A stretch of 62,140 nucleotides of DNA, counting the filler, from Choristocarpus tenellus KU-1152 (Eukaryota > Protista > Phaeophyceae): NCBI GenBank assembly GCA_964200185.2. It is 14 parts of 14 records of this genome, joined end to end, with 100 filler letters (N's around TTAATTAATTAA, not from the genome) between each part and the next. Parts side by side here need not be neighbours in the genome. Positions count along the whole stretch, not along the records: positions 51,017 to 54,784 come from CAXNAD020018033.1; positions 54,885 to 62,140 come from CAXNAD020006453.1; 12 more parts are not named here. One strand, written 5' to 3'. The notes below the pieces were generated by a model, which was not told the DNA's origin, searched no databases, and was given only the letters and a program-made list of their open reading frames with translations. A program made the translations under genes and the position numbers. Every line of letters starts with the position of its first letter. Position 1 is the stretch's first letter. Positions 53,101 through 62,140 of this stretch are shown here, in pieces.

Positions 53101-53399
53101 GTCACGCCTAAAGTGAATCCTTAGAAAGGAGTTTTACTAGCCAATTGACTTATTACTGATATACCATACACACAAACGAGGAAAACCTCTCCCTGACTTT
53201 AATAGCTCTTCTATTTAAAGTCAGTCTGCATACAACATCACAGCTGTCACTTGACTACTATGGGTATGCACCAAAATACATAAGATAAACAGGGGACAAA
53301 CTCAAATTAAAATAATTTGGAAGAACAAACACAAGAGGAGACAGTCACAAACAGAAACGTTCTGTTTCACCAAAAAAAGAATCATTGAATCTTTCCAAC

Positions 53400-54445
53400 C
53401 TTTCCCTCTTTTCAGTAATGTCTTTTTGGTTGGAGTCCTCAGGACGGAGGAGTCGTTGTAGATACCATATGCGCGTTCTTGTCCCCTCTTCTTGAAGGTT
53501 TTCTGGTTTTCTCCCTGGCCGGAACAGTCAGTGGACATTCGTCATAGTCATCCCCTAACCCTGTACACCTTGGGCATCTTCCATCTGGATGTCATCTTCC
53601 CCCAATCTTGCAGAGGCACCAGGGTGTCGTCCCCTGTCTAGGTCGGGGCAGTCATTTTTCGTGTGGCGATGCGAAATATCTTAGAGGGTAGAGCCGCGTC
53701 CATTTGGGGGCCAAAATACAATGTTTCGATTTTGATGTAATTTTGGCTACCGCGGTTGTTAGGAAGTGTCAATATCCTTGCTCCGGACACACCTTTTCAT
53801 AACGTATACAGTTTACCTACTCAGAAAAGTTTCTAGGTAGGAAAATGTCGCAAGAAACCCGTGGGAAGCCAAGCCCCAAATGGACAAAAACGGCAAAACT
53901 CGTACCCTCTAAGATACACTTTCTCTCAAACCTGGGACTCAACGCCTCAAAGTCTTTCTTGACAAACACCACCTCATTCCCAGCACTGAACATCCTTCCA
54001 TAGCTGAGATGGTCCCTGGCGTTCCATTTTATAATTGGATGATTCTCCAATTCCATGTTCACGCACTGCACAGAGATACTCCCTATTGTAGATGAATTCT
54101 GTGCGTTTGATTACCAAAGATCTGAGTGTCTTGATCTTAACATTGTATTTCTCGGCCGTGCTGGATAGAGTTGGTTGGTTTGTGGACGTAACCCCGTCCT
54201 CGAGTAGTTTGACATCAGGAGCAATGCCTGTGAGGATCGAGTTGTAGATTTGGTGAGTGTGCTCCGTATTCGAGGAAGGTCTTGAACTTGACATCAAGTG
54301 CGGATTCACATTTCTCCTGAGATGATGCATCCTGCAGTGCGTTCGACAAGATCGCAAACTTCTTGTCCTCGTCCAAGAACCATGTAGCTAGATTGTTCCA
54401 AGTGTACCTTGTTCGATTAGACTCTTCCAACTCTATCGGATAGCT
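53400..54445 (-). pseudogene. Frameshifted coding relic of unknown family, interrupted by a MITE
   Basis: Consecutive overlapping protein-like frames (SYPIELEES...YTWNNLATWFLDEDKKF; HQIYNSILTG...; CVNMELENHPIIKWNARDHL...) follow a CAG acceptor and continue after the MITE. Confidence 0.5.
53668..53925 (-). mobile_element. MITE family A copy
   Basis: aatatcttagagggtagagccgcgtccatttggggg…ctcgtaccctctaagatac. Confidence 0.88.
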
Positions 54446-54748
54446 CTGGTAAACTGTATATGGAGAAAGAGAACAATCATGAGTGATCAAGTTGATCAGA
54501 ACCTTATATTAGTGATTAGCTGTATGAGAACATTTCTCATCTAGAAGGAAATATTTCTGATTTTATGGGGTGTTGCATGTTCAATTACACTCTTCCAACT
54601 CTATCGGACAGTTACGATAAAATATGTATGTGGAGTAACGGAACAAGCAATTAGTGGCTGAGTTATCAGAACCTTTTACTAGTGATTAGTTGAATGATAA
54701 TTTTTCTCATATAAAAGGAAATATTTCTGATTTTATGGGGCCTTGCAT
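54421..54748 (+). repeat. ~168-bp direct tandem duplication
   Basis: actcttccaactctatcgga…aggaaatatttctgattttatgggg at 54421 and 54589. Confidence 0.85.
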
Positions 54749-56017
54749 ACCCCACCTAAATTTAATCAATCACTCTACAGACACNNNNNNNNNNNNNNNN
54801 NNNNNNNNNNNNNNNNNNNNNNNNNNNNTTAATTAATTAANNNNNNNNNNNNNNNNNNNNNNNNNNNNNNNNNNNNNNNNNNNNAATTCATTTGCTATTA
54901 CGCTTCTTAATAACTTTTTAAATTGGTTTTTGATCTGCTATTGAGTCTTGCTCTATTTTCATAATATTGTTCTCTTTCACGGCTATCCGTCCTTCCATTG
55001 GTAATTCCCTTCAGCTCGATATATGATTATGTTTACTTGGAGGTCATTGTCGTTTTCATTTTGTGAGACAGCCCTGTGGGCATGTTTGCTTGTTCTGTTG
55101 CATTAGTCAGTGGTGGTGATGAGTATGCTTTAGGTCTCTATTGGGAAGACTAGCTATAGTTGCGGTGATAATTCCAGGAGGAGAGGAAGGGGTTGAGGTT
55201 TAGCAGCAGTTGTGTTGTGTGTTTGCCTTACAGTGAGTTTTGATATCATTCCGTAGTGAAGATATGCTCTCCTTGAAACACCTGGAAAGATGGCAGGACC
55301 TCCGATGGTCCAGCTATGTTGAATATATTACACAGGGATGGAATTGAATGCAGCATTTACCATCGGGTTCCGCTTTTATCATTGGTGCAGTATGATTAAG
55401 GAGAAAATGTTGGCAGAATGTGTGAATTCCTTACACCATTCAAGGTAAACTCATTGCATTTCACCGCTCTTCCAATCGACGGTTTTCAAGTTGACCTGGA
55501 AGGGGCAGTTTCCGGATCTGTTGGCAGGCCAGTGCGTGAAAATTAGTTCTTGGTGAAATGCTGGTAGAGTATCGTTTGTGTTCTGATAGGAGGGGCAGAG
55601 CTATTGACACTCCATTTACATGTGTGTTTGTTGACATGCCTGAGATGTGGGTGCTATATTACATGGCAGTGTGTAGTGATATTGACAAAGAGAGTTGGTC
55701 ACCCATTTGACAGGCAGATTTCATTGCCGCCCCCATCACCCACCGAGAAGAGGTGCTCCCGCAACATGTATGCTGGAAGAATAATAACCAGGAAAGTCTT
55801 GCGATTTCACAAGTGTGGATACATCATGGAAACTAAACAGTAGATCATTACAGAAAATATTTCCTGAGTTGTGGTGTGTAGAGTGGGTGCCACTCGGTTT
55901 CATTGCCACAGAGATTGTGTATCTGAGATGTAGCTCCTAGTACATTATTTTGGAAAGAGCTTTTCCTCTACCTTCTTCCTCTCTTCTTCCTGACTTTTTT
56001 TTTGCACTCACTGACAG

Positions 56018-56329
56018 GGTCGTCAGGTGATTCTGGAATTCTTGAAGGGAAAGGGTGCAACATTCAAGATGATTGATGCTGACTTCATTGAGGCTTCTCA
56101 CAAGCGAGCCAAAGAAATTGGTGTGAGAGTTACTCCTGATATTGAAAAGGTCTTGACATCAAGCGCTGCACTTCCCAGTGTGGAAGAAGAGCAGGGGGGG
56201 GGGAGTGGTTTGGGGGACAGTACAATACCAACTGACAAGCATAATCTAAGGGAGGAGGGATTACAAGAAGCTCATGTTATGGAGCAAGTCGAGGAGTGTG
56301 GTGACAAGGGAAATGACCTTAATTGTTAG
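56018..56329 (+). CDS. Probable terminal exon of a hypothetical protein
   Basis: Pyrimidine tract + ctgac branch point + CAG acceptor, then an open frame GRQVILEFLKGKGATFKMIDADF... to TAG. No family recognised. Confidence 0.5.
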   Translation, partial: GRQVILEFLKGKGATFKMIDADFIEASHKRAKEIGVRVTPDIEKVLTSSAALPSVEEEQGGGSGLGDSTIPTDKHNLREEGLQEAHVMEQVEECGDKGNDLNC

Positions 56330-56849
56330 TTCTACAATGGAAGGAAACAGTGATATCAACATGGATAATATAGATAGTGGTCCTATATAGTCAAGAGGTA
56401 CTCGGGGTTGCTGGATGCTTACATTTGTGCAAAATTCGACTTACTGTGCGAAGACATACAGGGACGTTTCTGAACCCTGTCCAAAGTTTTCCAAGTATAG
56501 AAAAATGGCTGTGTTTGAAACGGGGAAAAAAAGAGTGGCTTCAAATGCAAAAAGGCGAAAACTTGGGTACCGTTTCATCTACTTTGGCTCTGGTGAGTTT
56601 GAGGGGTAGGGTTAATGGTACAAAATACCTTTTTGCAATATCAGAAATATTCTGTAGCAACATTTTAGAAGTAAGATGTCTTTGAGTTTGTCCTGCAATA
56701 GATAAAATACATACCTTATCTCTTACATCTTGGAATGTCTCCAAATGAATTAGCGGCGGGGCTTGAGGGTTACACCTCTATGAGGGTTCTATGGTATCGG
56801 TATCCTGCACAGCAGGTTGTGTTTCTGGTGTGGTGAGTTTGAGGGAGTA

Positions 56850-57290
56850 AGACTGGATCCTAATAGGTAACAAAACCCATACAAGCAAAGAAGAAAGGAT
56901 CCTGTGAATCTATGTCAAGTCGTTCATTGTGGCCTCGAAACCAACACAAAAGCCTTACCTCTTCTCTTGACTTTGAGAACAAGATGATAGCAGCAGCTGT
57001 TAGAGTGATGACAAGGTCTCAAGCTCAACACACTCATTCCCCAAGGTATATGATAGTTGCTGAGGTCGATTGCTTCAGCTGTTGCTGAGAACTGCCTGGC
57101 AATCTGTTGAAGATACAAGCATGCCCGCACTACTCCTGTGGGCCTCACATACACCGTCCCCAAGGTTATCAAACGTTGCAATCATATTGATGCGATAGAA
57201 TGAGCCACTCTTCAAAAGCGTCCAGGGGTGTACAGTTTGCCATCCACCTTGTCCGTCAACATCCATTCAAGGGCGTGTCTTGGACATTCT
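56850..57290 (-). pseudogene. Possible degenerate copia integrase fragment
   Basis: Broken frames VVRACLYLQQIARQFSATAEAIDLSNYHIP...LKVKRRGKAFVLV loosely parallel the copia integrase C-terminal region. Confidence 0.35.
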
Positions 57291-58581
57291 AACCTTTTTC
57301 ACTTCAGTTCTCTCCACATGGGGCGAGTTTACCGCCACGTTTTGCAATACTGCGTACTAGGTACGCAGAATGACCTGTTTTGTATGGATAGGAAGTAGAA
57401 AAAATCGTAGAATCACTAGAACATACTCCGAATATATAATTATACTTTCTTAGCTTCACCTGCTAACGCTCCAGTTTTCATTGACAATTATAAACGTCAA
57501 ATTCCTTGACACGTCATAAAACAATCGCTCTACTGTATTCACCTGTTGCATTTTTGGTTCCAGTACGGTGCAGGAAGGGCATAGGGTGCGGTTGTGTGCC
57601 AAGGAGGCTCTGTATGAGGGGAGTAAATTGTTGAAGTATTCCACATTGGACCTGGGGTTTAGGTGATCAATCGTGTGCCTTGGTAGAGGACAATTATGGA
57701 TTGGTGTGAACATAAGGTTTTAGTGTTGCAAGGGGCTTATAATCTCAGTTCCATTGACAGAATTCATGGGGTGAGACAGGTGTAGACTACCATGTGGAAT
57801 TTGCAATGCCCACACGGATAACAAAAAGATACTATCACTGGATCACAAGTACCACGTATGATACATGAACTAGATGATTACCAGGGGTAGAGCTAAACTG
57901 GAAATATATGGCAACACATAACTGGCTCGAACTGTCCTAACTCACTCCACCAATGGTGTCTATTGTATTTTCAGCAGCACTATTCAAGAACATAGCTATG
58001 ACCCAAACGTTGACCGTGCACCAATTTTGAGGACAATCGGAGATTCCTGCCAACCAGATAATACTTATAATAAACATCAGTTTATTTCACAGCATACTGT
58101 TCCACGAACTCCATCACTTCTTAAATATACAGGCCCATATTATCCAACATGAGGTGTCAGGCGTCCGTTGAGGCCTCTTTGAACCTGTACTGATTTTCAT
58201 GTCACTTGAGAGAACGTGTCAGATGTAAGGGCAATTTGCTTCATCTGGACGCACCTTCCTTTTGTAAGAGGGAATTTGCTTGATTTGGACACGTCTTCCT
58301 CTTTGATCAAGGCTCGTCACAGGAATGACTACCACAGTATTGAGGACAGAATTTGGACAATAATCCACTTACCGTAGAATTTTGACGAAAATAATCCCTA
58401 CCGCACCATACTGTGGTAATTCCAGAACTACTGTACCGTTAGAGTTCAGAATTCAAGAGTAATCACTACCATACCATACCATACCACGATGGAAATTCTT
58501 GGTCTACCATAAAAAAACGTAAAAAAATCGTACCGTACCGTAGCGTTCATAGACACGATTTACCATACTAAGACAAATATA

Positions 58582-60880
58582 TATTATTATGCCCTCTGAC
58601 ATTTTGAAGATGTGTCAGGGGAAACGTCATTTCAACATCATAAGAACTCTTCCAAAAGTAACAGTGGTCATAAATGTGAAAGATATATTTATATTATCTA
58701 TTTCCTATTTGACTACCAGATATGCTAAACAACTCCCCTCCTATGCCTCTAACCAAGCTTAGCCCTGCACCACAGGGCGAGGAGCTAGGGAAGCATCCCA
58801 AGAATCTGACAGACCCCTCCTTGCCCATCTCCCTGGTGTCTCCAGCTTAAAATGTATGGCACGTCTTTATGGAACCACTAGTGTTGTGACAGACACTATC
58901 TGTCGTAAATGGGATTTGACATCTCCTTTCCTACGGTAGCCTCCCACCCCTCTCCCCCCTACTGGGTGAATATCCAACTCACCCAGAAAACTTTCTGCTT
59001 GCTTACCCTGGAGCCCAAAACTTCGTTCAATTCTGGTACCACTCTGGATGGATGGATGTAAAATACATGAATACCAATATACTTTGTAGGATGTGTATAT
59101 AGTACAGTAATATCCACGATGGAGCATACTATTGCTCTACCACCAAATATCATATGCTTACATGAAACTTGCATTTTGTTATGTATCTAAGTGTTATGCA
59201 CCATCACACTCCACAAGCACATCACAACAACATAACTGTACAGTTCAGCTAGACAGGCAGCGGTGGAGTGTTCAACACCAAGTGAGGAACAGTCCGCCAG
59301 CATGCCATGAGAGGGAGATTCTATGGCATGTAGGATAGTCACACGTGGTAGAAACCTGACCCAACATTGAAACTGTGAGAGCAGAGTACTGACCATACCG
59401 TGCCGTCTGAATGTCAAAATGCCCTGGGAAATAGTGGAATTTCTGTACTTAACTATGGTTTTCCAATATTACATAGTCCTGCACTGTACGAAATATTTAA
59501 TGGTATACCTTACTGTACCCCACCGTACTTTCTTCAATATGTTCCCATAAAGTTATGACATGTTTCTATAATCCCTTGGTAAGGGGAAGAAATTTTTCTG
59601 GGTGAGTTGGATATGCACACGATAGGGGGGAGAGGGGCGGAAGGCTACAGTAGGAAAGGAGCTATCAAATCCCATTCACGACAGAGAGTGTCTGTCACAA
59701 CACAAGTGGTTCGATCAAGACGTTCCATGCGTTTTAAGCTGGAGATACCAGGGAGATAGATGGGCAAGGACAGGCCTGTCAGATTCTTGGGGTGCCTCCC
59801 TAGCTCCTCGCCCTGTGGTGCAGGGCTAAGCTAGGTTAGAGCCATAGGAGGGGATTTGTTTAGCATATCTGGTAGTCAAATAGGAAATTGATAATAGAAA
59901 ATATCTTTCACATTTATGACAACTGTTACTTTCGCAGGAGTTCTTATGATATTCAATTGGTTTTTTATGTACATATTTTTATTGTTATGCCCTCTGACAT
60001 TTTGTAGATGTGTCGGGGGAAAAAACAATGAACACTATTCACATGTCAGAATAACCCCAGGTAAAGTAACAGTTGCCATAAATGTGAAAGACATCTATTT
60101 ACTATTTTATTTTCAGCTATGCTATACAGCTCACTTCCTGTGCTTCTAACCTAGCTTACTCCTGCACCCCAGGGTGGGGGGCTAGGGAAGCACCCCACGA
60201 ATCTAACAAACCTCTCCTTACCCATCTATCTCTCTGGTGTCTCCAGCTTAAAACGCATGACACGTCTGGATAGGGCTGCTTGTGTTGTGACAGAGACTGT
60301 CTGTCGTAGACGGGATTTGACAGCCCATTTCCTATTGTTGCCTCCTGTCCCTCTCCCCCCTACTGCGTGCGTAGCTAATTAATCTAGAAACCTTTCCGCA
60401 TGTTTTATTATTATGCCCTCTGACATTTTGTAGATGTGCCAATGGAAAAACTAATGAGAACTATTCACATGTCTGAAAGGGTGAAAGCATCTCAGAGGGT
60501 ACGAGTTTTGCCCTGTTTGTCCGTTTGGGGCTTGGCTTCCCACCGTTTTTTATGACATTTTCCTACTCCGAAATGTTTCGGAGTATATAAAATGTGTATG
60601 CTATGAAAAGGTGTGTCTGGAACAAGTACATTGACTCTTCTTAATAAACACGATAGCCAAATTACATCAAAATGCAACATAGGATTTTGACCCCCAATGG
60701 ACGCGATTCTACCCTCTAAGATAATTTGACTCAAAAATCCCTAAAGAAGTAACACTTGTCACAAAAGTGAAATTTTTTATCTATTTCCTATTTCCCTATT
60801 TTACTAAGTTGAACTATTGCCTTCCTGTGTCTCAAACCTCTTCCTGCACCCCAGGCTGAGGAGCTAGGGAAGCATCCCAT
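58582..60880. repeat. Cluster of four ~400-bp palindrome-headed repeats (forward 58582-59007; reverse 59579-59956; forward 59980-60400; forward 60406-60880, split by a MITE)
   Basis: Shared body …aaagtaacagt…cataaatgtgaaaga…ctgcacc(a/c)cagg…gagctagggaagca…ggtgtctccagcttaaaa…tgttgtgacaga…cctctcccccctac. The fourth copy is truncated. Confidence 0.88.
60479..60732 (+). mobile_element. MITE family A copy inserted in the ~400-bp repeat
   Basis: gaaa|GGGTGAAAGCATCTCAGAGGGTA…TACCCTCTAAGATAATTTGACTC|aaaa. Confidence 0.9.
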
Positions 60881-61104
60881 ACCATACAGTATCATAATAT
60901 TTCCAATAATACCATTACCGTACTAAAGTGTGAAATTACTACTGTGACGATCCCTATTTTTGATCCTCTTTGATCCCCGTGCTTGTCTGTGGGGTTACAA
61001 ATGTGTGTGTGTGTGTGTGTGTGTGTTTTCCTGTGTGTTAGTTATTTGAAGATGATAAGGGGGAGCATGAAAAGCTCAAAGTGAGAACACGGAATAGGAT
61101 GAAA

Positions 61105-61360
61105 GAGTGAGAGTATCTTAGAGGGTACGAGTTTTGCCCTGTTTGTCCGTTTGGGACTTGGCTTCCCACAGGTTTTTTTATGATATTTTCCCACCCCAAA
61201 TGTTTAGGAGTAGGTAAATGTATACGTTATGAAATGATGTGTCCTGAACAAGGATACTGACACTTTCCAACAAACACGATAGCCAATATTACATCAATAT
61301 CGCAACATTGGATTATGGTCCAAAATGGACGCGACTCGACCCTCTAAGATACTCTGACTC
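61105..61360 (+). mobile_element. MITE family A full copy with GAAA target-site duplication
   Basis: gaaa|GAGTGAGAGTATCTTAGAGGGTA…GACCCTCTAAGATACTCTGACTC|gaaa. Confidence 0.93.
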
Positions 61361-62071
61361 GAAAGTTTAATTCAGCACTAGGCATCATCCTCATAGGTGC
61401 AATAATTTACGAATGGAGTGAATTAGGCAATGCAACACGAAAAGAATGGGCTATATATACCCGATATTAAGGAGGAAGCCTTCGTTTCAGATTAGATTTA
61501 ACCAAAATATTGGTTTATTGTGCTAATCTACGAAGTGGTTAGTACTTTCCGTGTGAAAATTTAACTGTGCCACCAATGAACCAATGGCTATGAATGTAGA
61601 TACGTGAGAATGAAGGAGATGCCTCCTTATTACTGCAACAAAAAACCCAACCCTGCATTCCACATTCGTGAGGTGAAAAGAGGTAAGTATCATTCCACTT
61701 TCGAAAGCTCATTTTCACACTAATTGTCTTTGGTGTAATAGATGGGACTCAAAAAGTCTGTCGTACCTATATTCTGACTTCTCCATTTTCTGCTTCAAGA
61801 AACCTATCGCTTGTAGTACTCAGGAGTATTAATCTTTGAATAGGAAGGTTGTTCCAAGAAAGTACAACAGATCGCATTAAACTATTCCAGACTCACTCAA
61901 CCTTCACTATAGGCGAAGACCTGTCAGTATGAAATAGAGGTGTGTCCAACATGGATACAAGTAGTCACCAAGAGAATTTTTCCTGGCTATATTATAGAAC
62001 AACCTCTTCTTCGTATCACGGATATCGATTTTAAACGTTCATACACATCGTCTCCTTGATATGATTCAAGA

Positions 62072-62140
62072 GGCTCATAGTATCTGGGGGGGTGGTGGTG
62101 GCTGTCCTTTTGGGACCCATTTTTCCATGTCGCAATTTTG
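62072..62140 (+). mobile_element. MITE family B copy truncated by the window end
   Basis: ggctcatagtatctggggggggtggtggtggctgtccttttgggaccc. Confidence 0.82.

Overview
This is eukaryotic nuclear DNA, not one locus. It is 14 short contigs (2.7-7.9 kb) joined by 13 artificial 100-bp linkers (44 N + TTAATTAATTAA + 44 N), so adjacency across a linker means nothing. The genes are intron-rich, and one has an ASAFAP-like bipartite plastid presequence, pointing to an ochrophyte, probably a brown alga or close relative (inference). Splicing exons by hand gave partial genes for DNA ligase IV, an ABCC transporter, VPS16, a CIPK/SnRK-like kinase, PIF1 helicase, a GT60/Gnt1-type GlcNAc transferase and a plastid-targeted CRAC thioredoxin. 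The kinase looks like a pseudokinase (DFG replaced by GFS, no Gly-rich loop). The rest is rich in mobile DNA: a spliced, frameshifted Sola2-like transposase, two related MITE families (12 and 5 copies; family A has GAG...CTC ends and 4-bp TSDs), Ty1/copia relics and a palindrome-headed ~400-bp repeat family. The most striking item is contig 39998-42727. There a spliced ParB/Sulfiredoxin-fold (DGNHR) gene lies head-to-head with a Cys-rich, Sola-like transposase N-terminal exon, making it a candidate DNA transposon carrying a ParB-like gene. All calls come from reading motifs by eye; no database searches were run.
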